A stretch of 49,458 nt of DNA. It comes from Macrostomum lignano (lineage: Eukaryota). The notes beneath the pieces were generated by a model. It was given only the letters and a program-made list of their open reading frames with translations. It was not told the origin of the DNA and did not search any database. Location: NCBI GenBank assembly GCA_002269645.1, contig NIVC01004344.1, forward strand, positions 1 through 49,458. The letters run 5' to 3'. Below are positions 21,730 through 35,000 of this stretch, in pieces (position 1 is the stretch's first letter; each line of letters opens with the position of its first letter). A program made the position numbers and the translations under genes.

Positions 21730-22180
21730 AGACAGCAAGCATCCCCCAGATAGCAAGCATCCTCCAGATTGCAAGCAACCCCCGGATAGCAAGCATCCCC
21801 CAGATAGCAAGCATCCCCCAGATAGCAAGCATCCCTCAGATAGCAAGCATCCCCCAGATAGCAAGCATCCCCCAGATAGCAAGCATCCCCAAGATAGCAA
21901 GCATCCCCCAGATAGCAAGCATCCCCCAGATAGCAAGCATCCTCCAGATTTCAAGCAACCCCCGGATAGCAAGCATCCCCCAGATAGCAAGCATCCCCCA
22001 GATAGCAAGCATCCCCTAGATAGCAACCATCCCCCAGATAGCAAGCATCCCTCAGATAGCAAGCATCCCCCAGATAGCAAGCATCCCCCAGATAGCAAGC
22101 ATCCCCCAGATAGCAAGCATCCCCCAGATAGCAAGCATTCCCTACATAGATAGCATCCCCAAATAGCAAGCATCCACCAG
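21730..22180. repeat. 18-bp minisatellite (GATAGCAAGCATCCCCCA)n in unit 1
   Basis: About 24 copies. Confidence 0.95.
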
Positions 22181-22269
22181 ACAATAAGTAGCTAGTGCGA
22201 CAATTTCCTTAGCATTATAGTGGCTCCTTTAAAATTCGCTTACTTTTACGTTTGAAATTGTGTAAATTT

Positions 22270-24662
22270 TATGTTTGACATGGTGGCTCTTTTATGTTCT
22301 ACATGGCAACTCTTTTATGTTTGAAACGATGGCTTTTTAATGTCTGACATGGTGGCTCTTTTATGTTTGACACAGTGGCCCTTTAATGTTCGACAAAGTG
22401 GCTATTTAATGTTTGACAAGGTGGCTTTTAAATGTTTGACATGGTGGCTCCTTAATGTTCGAAATGGTGGCTCTTTAATGTATGACATAAAGACACATAT
22501 ATAATTGACATGGTGGCTCTTTATTGTTTGACATAGTGGCTCTTTAATGATCGACAAAGTGGCTCTTTAATGTTCTTCATGGTATAGCTCTTTTATGTTC
22601 GACATGGTGGCTCTTAAATGTTTGACATGGTGGCTCTTTAATGTTAGAAATGGTGGCTCTTTTGTTTGACATGGTGGCTCTTTAATATTCTACATTGTGG
22701 CTCTTAAGTGTTCGAAATGGTGGATCTTTTAGGTTTGACATGATGGCTGTTTAATGTTTGACATGGTAGCTCTTTTATGTTGACATGGTAGCTCTTTTAG
22801 GTTTAACATGGTGGCTGTTTAATGTTTGACATGGTAGCTCTTTTATGTTGACATGGTAGCTCTTTTAGGTTTGACATGGTGGCTGTTTAATGTTCAACAT
22901 AGTGGCTCTTTAATATTCTACATGGTGGCTCTTTTATGTTTAACATGGTGGCTCTTTTGTTTTACATGGTGGCTCTTTAATGTTTGACATAAAGTCACTT
23001 ATATGTTCGAAATGGTGGCTCTTTAATATTTTACATTGTGGCTCTTAAGTGTTCGACATGGTGGCTCTTTTTGGTTTGACATGGTGGCTCTTTAATGTTT
23101 AACATGGTGACTTTTAATGTTAGACATGGTGGCTCTTTAATGTTCGACATGGTTGCTCTTTGATATTCGACAGGGTGGCTCTTAAATGTTTGATATGGTG
23201 GCTCTTTATGTTTGACATGTTGGCTCTTTTGTGTTTGACATGGTGGCTCTTTCATGTTTGACATGGTGGCTCTTTTTTGTTGAAATGGTGGCTCTTTTTT
23301 GTTCTACATGGTAACTCTTTTATATCTGATACGGTGGCTTTTTTAATGTCTGACATGTTGGCTCTTTTATGTTTGACATAGTGGCTCTTTAATGTTCAAA
23401 ATGGTGGCTCTTTTATGTTTGACATGGTGGCTCTTTAATGATTGACATGGTGGCTCTTTTATGTTCGACATGGTGGCTCTTTAATGTTCGAAATGGTGGC
23501 TTTTTAATGTTCAAAATAGTGGCTCTTTTATGTTCGACATGGTGGCTCTTTAATGTTCGAAATGGTGGCTCTTTAATGTACGACATAATGGCTCTTTAAT
23601 GTTTGAAAATGTGGCTTTTGAATGTTTGACATGTTGGCTCTTTAATGTTTGACATGGTAGCTCTGTTATGTTCGACATGGTGGCTCTTTAATATTCTTCA
23701 TGTTATAGCTCTTTCATGTTTGACATGGTGGCTCTTTAATGTTCGAAATAGTGGCTCTTTAATGTTCGAAATGGTGGCTCTTTAATGTTTGACACAAAGT
23801 CACATTTATGTTTGACATGGTGGCTCCTAAATGTTTGACATGTTGGCTCTTTTATGTTTGACATGTTGGCTCTTTTATGTTTGACATAGTGGCTCTTTGA
23901 TGTTCGAAATAGTGGCTCTTTTATGGTCGACATGGTGGCTCTTTAATGTTCGAAATGGTGGCTCTTTAATGTTCGAAAAAGTGGCTCTTTTATGTTCGAC
24001 ATGGTGGCTCTTTAATGTTCGAAATGGTGGCTGTTTAATGTTCGAAATGGTGGCTCTTTTATGTTTGACATAAAGTCACTTATATGTTTTACATGGTGCC
24101 TCTTAAATATTAGACATGGTGGCTCGTTTAGGTTTGACATGGTGGCTCTTTTATGTTTGACATGTTGGCTCTTTAATGTTCGACATGGTGGCTCTTCTAT
24201 GTTCGAAATGGTGGCTTTTTAATGTTCAAAATAGTGGCTCTTTTATGTTCGACATGGTGGCTCTTTAATGTTCGAAATGGTGGCTCTTTAATGTACGACA
24301 TAATGGCTCTTTAATGTTTGACAATGTGGCTTTTGAATGTTTGACATGGTGGCTCTTTAATGTTTGACATGGTAGCTCTGTTATGTTCGACATGGTGGCT
24401 CTTTAATGTTTGACACAAAGTCACATTTATGTTTGACATGGTGGCTCCTAAATGTTTGACATGGTGGCTCTTTATGTTTGACATGTTGGCTCTTTTATGT
24501 TTGACATGTTGGCTCTTTTATGTTTGACATAGTGGCTCTTTGATGTTCGAAATAGTGGCTCTTTTATGGTCGACATGGTGGCTCTTTAATGTTCGACATG
24601 GTGGCTCTTTAATGTTCGAAATGGTGGCTGTTTAATGTTCGAAATGGTGGCTCTTTTATGTT
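22270..24662. repeat. 23-bp minisatellite (ATGTTTGACATGGTGGCTCTTTA)n in unit 1
   Basis: About 100 diverged copies, with internal block duplications (for example ~23494 vs ~24208). Confidence 0.95.
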
Positions 24663-24693
24663 TAGCAGTTTCGTGTTTTTAAGGTGTTTTAAT

Positions 24694-24774
24694 AAAAAAA
24701 ATCTTTTTTGCACTACTAAGAATCGAACCCAGGTCGCTACATTAGCATTCCAGTCTGTTCGCATCAGGGCTATC
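24694..24774 (-). pseudogene. tRNA-derived A/B-box module with downstream T-run, unit 1
   Basis: - strand TAGCCCTGATG (A-box-like), TGCTAAT, CTGGG-TTCGATT-CTTAG (T-arm/B box), then T8. Confidence 0.6.
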
Positions 24775-25499
24775 TTTTTTCAATTGGAGAACATGAATTG
24801 TGGCCCTTATAATTCAATTCTTACAGCAAGTCAATTAAAGTAAAAAGTTATGACATAATCAATTTCTCAGTCAGCCAGTATCAGTCTCAGTTCAAGTTAG
24901 CAGTATTGGTTACGCAATTTAAATCAAGTCGTGTGTGCATTTTTCGACACTGTTTTCAACTTGTTGTGATGCAATCTTTATCAGAATTGAAATTCAGTCA
25001 GTCAGTTTTTTCTCTAGCATTCTTGCAATGCATTTCAAGTCGAAAATTTTGCTTGACCTTTGCAAAAAAGCATGTTTTTCGAATATTTAATCCCTTTAGA
25101 ATTGAGCAATTTCTTAGCCAAGATGCATGTACCGTCCCAGGAAAATTTCTGATCGAATGGTGCAAGTTTGAAGAAAATCGGTTGAGCCATTTTTTCTGAA
25201 ATCTATCGCATACCTACCCACATACATACATACAGACAACTCATTTTTAGTATATAGGACTAGCAATCTAGTGCGGCCCCCCTTCGGGGCGCCCAATAAG
25301 AAAGGAGCAAAAATAGTTCATGGAAAACAATAAAAAAACACATTTTCTTAAACACCAATTCCTTCTTCACATTTAAAAAATCACCTTATTCGTGTAAAAT
25401 TGTCACGGACTAAGATGTTTGCAAAATTAAAAAATCATTTTTTCTCTAAAATTAACAAACAGTCAACAAAATATCGTTTCCCTAAATAGAAAATATTCC

Positions 25500-25955
25500 C
25501 AAGACAGCAAGCAACCCCCTCCAAAAGTGAACAATCGCAGATAGCAAGCATCCTCTAATGCTCATAGCAAGAATCACCACAGATAGCAAGCATCTGCAGA
25601 TTAGCAAGCACCCCCCAGATGATATAGAAGCATCCACCCAGATAGCAAGCATTCTGCAGATAGCAAGCACCCCCCAGATATTATAGAAGCATCCTGCAGA
25701 TAGCAAGCACCCCCAGATATTATAGAAGCATCCTGCAGATAGCAAGCACCCCCAGATATTATAGAAGCATCCTGCAGATAGCAAGCAACCCCCAGATATT
25801 ATAGAAGCATCCACCCAGATAGCAAGCATCCTGCAGATAGCAAGAATCCCTAAATAGCAAGCATCCCTGGATAGAAAGAATCCCATGCATGTAGCCAGTA
25901 CCCCCTCTCCCAAATAGCAAGTATCCCCCTCGAGAGCAAGCATCCACGAGACAGC
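25500..25955. repeat. Derived 18-bp-family array in unit 2 (partly ~39-40 bp dimers)
   Basis: GATAGCAAGCACCCCCCA alternating with GATATTATAGAAGCATCCTGCA. Confidence 0.85.
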
Positions 25956-26080
25956 AAGTAGCTAGTGCAAATGTTACTTCCGCTAATGCAATAATCGCTT
26001 TCTCAGGTTGTGCAACAATCCACGTCTCAGCGAGCACAATAATCTCTTTTTTAGACAGCGCAGTAATCAGCTTCTCAGCT

Positions 26081-29000
26081 AGTGCAATAATCCTTGGTTT
26101 ATTAATAGCAATAATCCTTGATTAATCAAGTGCAATAATCCTTGGTTTATCAAGTGCAATAATCCTTGGTTTATCAAGTGCAGTAATCTTTGGCTTATCA
26201 AGTGCAATAATCCTTGGTTTATCAAGTGCAATAATCCTTTGTTTATCAAGTGCAATAATCCTTGGTTTATCAAGTGCAATAATCCTTTGTTTATCAAGTG
26301 CAATAATCCTTGGTTTATTAAGTGCAATAATCCTTGGTTTATCAAGTGCAATAATCCTTGGTTTATTAAGTGCAATAATCCTTGGTTTATCAAGTGCAAT
26401 AATCCTTGCTTTATCTAGCGCAGTAATCCTTGGCTTATCAAGTGCAATAATCCTTGGTTTATCAAGTGCAATAATCCTTGGCTTATCAACTGCAATAATC
26501 CTTGGTTTATCAAGTGAAATAATCCTTGGTTTATCAAGTGCAATAATCCTTGGCTTATCAACTGCAATAATCCTTGGTTTATCAAGTGCAATAATCCTTT
26601 GTTTATCAAGCGCAGTAATCCTTGGCCTATCAAGTGCAATATTTGTTTTTCAAGTGCAATAATCCTTGGTTTATCAAGTGAAATAATCCTTGGTTTATCA
26701 AGCGCAGTAATCTTTGGCCTATCAAGTGCAATAATACTTGGTTTATCAAGTGCAGTAATCCTTGGCCTATCAAGTGCAATAATTCTTGGTTTAACAAGTG
26801 CAATAGTCCTTGGTTTATCGAGTGTAGTAATCCTTAGTTTTCCAAGTGCAGAAATCCTTGGTTTATTAAGAGCAATAATCCTTGGCTTATCGAGTGCAGT
26901 AATCCTTGGTTTGCCAAGAGCAATAATCCTTGGTTTATCGAGTGCAGTAATCCTTAGTTTTCTAAGTGCAGTAATCCTTGGTTTATTAACAGCAATAATT
27001 CTTGGCTTATCGAGTGCAGTAATCCTTGGTTTGCCAAGAGCAATAATCCTTGGTTTATCGAGTGCAGTAATCCTTAGTTTTCCAAGTGCAGTAATCCTTG
27101 GTTTATTAAGAGCAATAATCCTTGGTTTATCGAGTGCAGTAGTCCTTGGTTTATTAATAGCAATAATCCTTGAATAATCCAGTGCAATAATCCTTGGTTT
27201 ATCAAGTGCAATAATCCTTGGTTTATCAAGTGCAGTATTCCTTGGCCTATCAAGTGCAATAATCCTTGGTTTATCAAGTGCAATAATCCTTGGTTTATTA
27301 AGTGCAATAATCCTTGGTTTATCAAGTGCAATAATCCTTGGTTTATCTAGCGCAATAATCCTTGGCTTATCAAGTGCAATAATCCTTGGTTTATCAAGTG
27401 CAGTAATCCTTGGCCTATCAAGTGCAATAATCCTTGGTTTATCAAATGAAATAATCCTTGGTTTATCAAGTGCAATAATCCTTGGTTTATCAAGTGAAAT
27501 AATCCTTGGTTTATCAAGTGCAATAATCCTTGGTTTATTAAGAGCAATAATCCTTGGCTTATCGAGTGCAGTAATCCTTGGTTTATCAAGTGCAATAATC
27601 CTTGGCTTATCAAGTGCAATAATCCTTGGTTTATCAAGTGCAATAATCCTTGGTTTATCAAGCGCAGTAATCCTTGGCCTATCAAGTGCAATAATCCTTG
27701 GCTTATCAAGTGCAATAATCCTTGGTTTATCGAGTGCAGTAATCCTTAGTTTTCCAAGTGCAGTAATCCTTGGTTTATTAAGAGCAATAATCCTTGGCTT
27801 ATCGAGTGCAGTAGTCCTTGGTTTATTAATAGCAATAATCCTTGAATAATCCAGTGCATTAATCCTTGGCTTATCAAGTGCAACATTCTTTACTATCAAG
27901 TGCAATAATCCATGGCTTATCAAGCGCTGTAATCCTTGGCTTATCAAGTGCAATAATCCTTGGTTTATCAAGTGCAATAATCCTTGGTTTATCAAGCGCA
28001 GTAATCCTTGGTTTATCAAGTGCAGTAATCCTTGGCTTATCAAGTGCAATAATCCTTGGTTTATCAAGTGCAATAATCCTTGGTTTATCAAGCGCAGTAA
28101 TCCTTGGCCTATCAAGTGCAATAATCCTTGGCTTATCAAGTGCAATAATCCTTGGTTTATCGAGTGAAGTAATCCTTAGTTTTCCAAGTGCAGTAATCCT
28201 TGGTTTATTAAGAGCAATAATCCTTGGCTTATCAACTGCAAGAATCCTTGGTTTATCAAGTGCAGTAATCCTTGGCTTATCAAGTGCAATAATCCTTGGT
28301 TTATCAAGTGCAGTAATCCTTGGCCTATCAAGTGCAATAATCCTTGGTTTATCAAATGAAATAATCCTTGGTTTATCAAGTGCAATAATCCTTGGCTTAT
28401 CAACTGCAATAATCCTTGGTTTATCAAGTGCAATAATCCTTGGTTTATCAAGCGCAGTAATCCTTGGCTTATCAAGTGCAAAAATCCTTGGTTTATCAAG
28501 TGCAAAAGTTGTTTATCAAGTGCAATAATCCTTGGTTTATCAAGTGCAATAATCCTTGGTTTATCAAGCGCAGTAATCCTTGGTTTATCAAGTGCAGTAA
28601 TCCTTGGCTTATCAAGTGCAGTAATCCTTGGTTTATCAAGTGCAGTAATCCTTGGCCTATCAAGTGCAGTAATCCTTGGTTTATCAAATGAAATAATCCT
28701 TGGTTTATCAAGTGCAATAATCCTTGGCTTATCAACTGCAATAATCCTTGGTTTATCAAGTGCAATAATCCTTGGTTTATCAAGCGCAGTAATCCTTGGC
28801 TTATCAAGTGCAATAATCCTTGGTTTATCAAGTGCAAAAGTTGTTTATCAAGTGCAATAATCCTTGGTTTATCAAGTGCAATAATCCTTGGTTTAACAAA
28901 CGCAGTAATCCTTGGCTTATCAAGTGCAATAATCCTTGGTTTATCAAGTGCAAAAGTTGTTTATCAAGTGCAATAATCCTTGGTTTATCAAGTGAAATAA

Positions 29001-32000
29001 TCCTTGGTTTATCAAGTGCAATAATCCTTGGTTTATTAAGAGCAATAATCCTTGGCTTATCGAGTGCAGTAATCCTTGGTTTATCAAGTGCAATAATCCT
29101 TGGCCTTTCAAGTGCAATAATCCTTGGCTTATCAAGTGCAATAATCCTTGGTTTATCGAGTGCAGTAATCCTTAGTTTTCCAAGTGCAGTAATCCTTGGT
29201 TTATTAAGAGCAATAATCCTTGGCTTATCGAGTGCAGTAGTCCTTGGTTTATTAATAGCAATAATCCTTGAATAATCCAGTGCATTAATCCTTGGCTTAT
29301 CAAGTGCAACATTCTTTACTATCAAGTGCAATAATCCTTGGTTTATCAAGCGCAGTAATCCTTGGCCTATCAAGTGCAATAATCCTTGGCTTATCAAGTG
29401 AAATAATCCTTGGTTTATCAAGTGCAATAATCCTTGGCTTATCAACTGCAATAATCCTTGGTTTATCAAGTGCAATAATCCTTTGTTTATCAAGCGCAGT
29501 AATCCTTGGCCTATCAAGTGCAATATTTGTTTATCAAGTGCAATAATCCTTGGTTTATCAAGTGCAATAATCCTTGGTTTATCAAGCGCAGTAATCTTTG
29601 GCCTATCAAGTGCAATAATACTTGGTTTATCAAGTGCAGTAATCCTTGGCCTATCAAGTGCAATAATTCTTGGTTTAACAAGTGCAATAGTCCTTGGTTT
29701 ATCGAGTGTAGTAATCCTTAGTTTTCCAAGTGCAGAAATCCTTGGTTTATTAAGAGCAATAATCCTTGGCTTATCGAGTGCAGTAATCCTTGGTTTGCCA
29801 AGAGCAATAATCCTTGGTTTATCGAGTGCAGTAATCCTTAGTTTTCTAAGTGCAGTAATCCTTGGTTTATTAACAGCAATAATTCTTGGCTTATCGAGTG
29901 CAGTAATCCTTGGTTTGCCAAGAGCAATAATCCTTGGTTTATCGAGTGCAGTAATCCTTAGTTTTCAAGTGCAGTAATCCTTGGTTTATTAAGAGCAATA
30001 ATCCTTGGTTTATCGAGTGCAGTAGTCCTTGGTTTATTAATAGCAATAATCCTTGAATAATCCAGTGCAATAATCCTTGGTTTATCAAGTGCAATAATCC
30101 TTGGTTTATCAAGTGCAGTATTCCTTGGCCTATCAAGTGCAATAATCCTTGGTTTATCAAGTGCAATAATCCTTGGTTTATTAAGTGCAATAATCCTTGG
30201 TTTATCAAGTGCAATAATCCTTGGTTTATCTAGCGCAATAATCCTTGGCTTATCAAGTGCAATAATCCTTGGTTTATCAAGTGCAGTAATCCTTGGCCTA
30301 TCAAGTGCAATAATCCTTGGTTTATCAAATGAAATAATCCTTGGTTTATCAAGTGCAATAATCCTTGGTTTATCAAGTGAAATAATCCTTGGTTTATCAA
30401 GTGCAATAATCCTTGGTTTATTAAGAGCAATAATCCTTGGCTTATCGAGTGCAGTAATCCTTGGTTTATCAAGTGCAATAATCCTTGGCTTATCAAGTGC
30501 AATAATCCTTGGTTTATCAAGTGCAATAATCCTTGGTTTATCAAGCGCAGTAATCCTTGGCCTATCAAGTGCAATAATCCTTGGCTTATCAAGTGCAATA
30601 ATCCTTGGTTTATCGAGTGCAGTAATCCTTAGTTTTCCAAGTGCAGTAATCCTTGGTTTATTAAGAGCAATAATCCTTGGCTTATCGAGTGCAGTAGTCC
30701 TTGGTTTATTAATAGCAATAATCCTTGAATAATCCAGTGCATTAATCCTTGGCTTATCAAGTGCAACATTCTTTACTATCAAGTGCAATAATCCATGGCT
30801 TATCAAGCGCTGTAATCCTTGGCTTATCAAGTGCAATAATCCTTGGTTTATCAAGTGCAATAATCCTTGGTTTATCAAGCGCAGTAATCCTTGGTTTATC
30901 AAGTGCAGTAATCCTTGGCTTATCAAGTGCAATAATCCTTGGTTTATCAAGTGCAATAATCCTTGGTTTATCAAGCGCAGTAATCCTTGGCCTATCAAGT
31001 GCAATAATCCTTGGCTTATCAAGTGCAATAATCCTTGGTTTATCGAGTGAAGTAATCCTTAGTTTTCCAAGTGCAGTAATCCTTGGTTTATTAAGAGCAA
31101 TAATCCTTGGCTTATCAACTGCAAGAATCCTTGGTTTATCAAGTGCAGTAATCCTTGGCTTATCAAGTGCAATAATCCTTGGTTTATCAAGTGCAGTAAT
31201 CCTTGGCCTATCAAGTGCAATAATCCTTGGTTTATCAAATGAAATAATCCTTGGTTTATCAAGTGCAATAATCCTTGGCTTATCAACTGCAATAATCCTT
31301 GGTTTATCAAGTGCAATAATCCTTGGTTTATCAAGCGCAGTAATCCTTGGCTTATCAAGTGCAAAAATCCTTGGTTTATCAAGTGCAAAAGTTGTTTATC
31401 AAGTGCAATAATCCTTGGTTTATCAAGTGCAATAATCCTTGGTTTATCAAGCGCAGTAATCCTTGGTTTATCAAGTGCAGTAATCCTTGGCTTATCAAGT
31501 GCAGTAATCCTTGGTTTATCAAGTGCAGTAATCCTTGGCCTATCAAGTGCAGTAATCCTTGGTTTATCAAATGAAATAATCCTTGGTTTATCAAGTGCAA
31601 TAATCCTTGGCTTATCAACTGCAATAATCCTTGGTTTATCAAGTGCAATAATCCTTGGTTTATCAAGCGCAGTAATCCTTGGTTTATCAAATGAAATAAT
31701 CCTTGGTTTATCAAGTGCAATAATCCTTGGCTTATCAACTGCAATAATCCTTGGTTTATCAAGTGCAATAATCCTTGGTTTATCAAGCGCAGTAATCCTT
31801 GGCTTATCAAGTGCAATAATCCTTGGTTTATCAAGTGCAAAAGTTGTTTATCAAGTGCAATAATCCTTGGTTTATCAAGTGCAATAATCCTTGGTTTAAC
31901 AAACGCAGTAATCCTTGGCTTATCAAGTGCAATAATCCTTGGTTTATCAAGTGCAAAAGTTGTTTATCAAGTGCAATAATCCTTGGTTTATCAAGTGAAA

Positions 32001-35000
32001 TAATCCTTGGTTTATCAAGTGCAATAATCCTTGGTTTATTAAGAGCAATAATCCTTGGCTTATCGAGTGCAGTAATCCTTGGTTTATCAAGTGCAATAAT
32101 CCTTGGCCTTTCAAGTGCAATAATCCTTGCTTATCAAGTGCAATAATCCTTGGTTTATCGAGTGCAGTAATCCTTAGTTTTCCAAGTGCAGTAATCCTTG
32201 GTTTATTAAGAGCAATAATCCTTGGCTTATCGAGTGCAGTAGTCCTTGGTTTATTAATAGCAATAATCCTTGAATAATCCAGTGCATTAATCCTTGGCTT
32301 ATCAAGTGCAACATTCTTTACTATCAAGTGCAATAATCCTTGTTTATCAAGCGCAGTAATCCTTGGCCTATCAAGTGCAATAATCCTTGGCTTATCAAGT
32401 GAAATAATCCTTGGTTTATCAAGTGCAATAATCCTTGGCTTATCAACTGCAATAATCCTTGGTTTATCAAGTGCAATAATCCTTTGTTTATCAAGCGCAG
32501 TAATCCTTGGCCTATCAAGTGCAATATTTGTTTATCAAGTGCAATAATCCTTGGTTTATCAAGTGCAATAATCCTTGGTTTATCAAGCGCAGTAATCTTT
32601 GGCCTATCAAGTGCAATAATACTTGGTTTATCAAGTGCAGTAATCCTTGGCCTATCAAGTGCAATAATTCTTGGTTTAACAAGTGCAATAGTCCTTGGTT
32701 TATCGAGTGTAGTAATCCTTAGTTTTCCAAGTGCAGAAATCCTTGGTTTATTAAGAGCAATAATCCTTGGCTTATCGAGTGCAGTAATCCTTGGTTTGCC
32801 AAGAGCAATAATCCTTGGTTTATCGAGTGCAGTAATCCTTAGTTTTCTAAGTGCAGTAATCCTTGGTTTATTAACAGCAATAATTCTTGGCTTATCGAGT
32901 GCAGTAATCCTTGGTTTGCCAAGAGCAATAATCCTTGGTTTATCGAGTGCAGTAATCCTTAGTTTTCCAAGTGCAGTAATCCTTGGTTTATTAAGAGCAA
33001 TAATCCTTGGTTTATCGAGTGCAGTAGTCCTTGGTTTATTAATAGCAATAATCCTTGAATAATCCAGTGCAATAATCCTTGGTTTATCAAGTGCAATAAT
33101 CCTTGGTTTATCAAGTGCAGTATTCCTTGGCCTATCAAGTGCAATAATCCTTGGTTTATCAAGTGCAATAATCCTTGGTTTATTAAGTGCAATAATCCTT
33201 GGTTTATCAAGTGCAATAATCCTTGGTTTATCTAGCGCAATAATCCTTGGCTTATCAAGTGCAATAATCCTTGGTTTATCAAGTGCAGTAATCCTTGGCC
33301 TATCAAGTGCAATAATCCTTGGTTTATCAAATGAAATAATCCTTGGTTTATCAAGTGCAATAATCCTTGGTTTATCAAGTGAATAATCCTTGGTTTATCA
33401 AGTGCAATAATCCTTGGTTTATTAAGAGCAATAATCCTTGGCTTATCGAGTGCAGTAATCCTTGGTTTATCAAGTGCAATAATCCTTGGCTTATCAAGTG
33501 CAATAATCCTTGGTTTATCAAGTGCAATAATCCTTGGTTTATCAAGCGCAGTAATCCTTGGCCTATCAAGTGCAATAATCCTTGGCTTATCAAGTGCAAT
33601 AATCCTTGGTTTATCGAGTGCAGTAATCCTTAGTTTTCAAGCAGTAATCCTTGGTTTATAAGAGCAATAATCCTTGGCTTATCGAGTGCAGTAGTCCTTG
33701 GTTTATTAATAGCAATAATCCTTGAATAATCCAGTGCATTAATCCTTGGCTTATCAAGTGCAACATTCCTTTACTATCAAGTGCAATAATCCATGGCTTA
33801 TCAAGCGCTGTAATCCTTGGCTTATCAAGTGCAATAATCCTTGGTTTATCAAGTGCAATAATCCTTGGTTTATCAAGCGCAGTAATCCTTGGTTTATCAA
33901 GTGCAGTAATCCTTGGCTTATCAAGTGCAATAATCCTTGGTTTATCAAGTGCAATAATCCTTGGTTTATCAAGCGCAGTAATCCTTGGCCTATCAAGTGC
34001 AATAATCCTTGGCTTATCAAGTGCAATAATCCTTGGTTTATCGAGTGAAGTAATCCTTAGTTTTCAAGTGCAGTAATCCTTGGTTTATTAAGAGCAATAA
34101 TCCTTGGCTTATCAAGTGCAAGAATCCTTGGTTTATCAAGTGCAGTAATCCTTGGCTTATCAAGTGCAATAATCCTTGGTTTATCAAGTGCAGTAATCCT
34201 TGGCTATCAAGTGCAATAATCCTTGGTTTATCAAATGAATAATCCTTGGTTTATCAAGTGCAATAATCCTTGGCTTATCAACTGCAATAATCCTTGGTTT
34301 ATCAAGTGCAATAATCCTTGGTTTATCAAGTGCAGTAATCCTTGGCTTTATCAAGTGCAAAATCCTTGGTTTATCAAGTGCAAAAGTTGTTTATCAAGTG
34401 CAATAATCCTTGGTTTATCAAGTGCAATAATCCTTGGTTTATCAAGTGCAGTAATCCTTGGTTTATCAAGTGCAGTAATCCTTGGCTTATCAAGTGCAGT
34501 AATCCTTGGTTTATCAAGTGCAGTAATCCTTGGCCTATCAAGTGCAATAATCCTTGGTTTATCAAATGAATAATCCTTGGTTTATCAAGTGCAATAATCC
34601 TTGGCTTATCAACTGCAATAATCCTTGGTTTATCAAGTGCAATAATCCTTGGTTTATCAAGTGCAAAAGTTGTTTATCAAGTGCAATAATCCTTGGTTTA
34701 TCAAGTGCAATAATCCTTGGTTTAACAAACGCAGTAATCCTTGGCTTATCAAGTGCAATAATCCTTGGTTTATCAAGTGCAAAAGTTGTTTGTCAAGTGC
34801 AATAATCCTTGGTTTATCAAGTGAAATAATCCTTGGTTTATCAAGTGCAATAATCCTTGGTTTATTAAGAGCAATAATCCTTGGCTTATCGAGTGCAGTA
34901 ATCCTTGGTTTATCAAGTGCAATAATCCTTGGCCTTTCAAGTGCAATAATCCTTGGCTTATCAAGTGCAATAATCCTTGGTTTATCGAGTGCAGTAATCC

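Larger units (their letters stand above)
21586..25259 (-). mobile_element. Non-autonomous Helitron-like unit 1
   Basis: - strand: 5' TCCTATATACTAAAAATGAG-(TGTA)n-...GGCTCAACCGATTT. 3' hairpin GTCCCCC-AAC-GGGGGGC, 8 nt, then CTAG followed by host T. Confidence 0.8.
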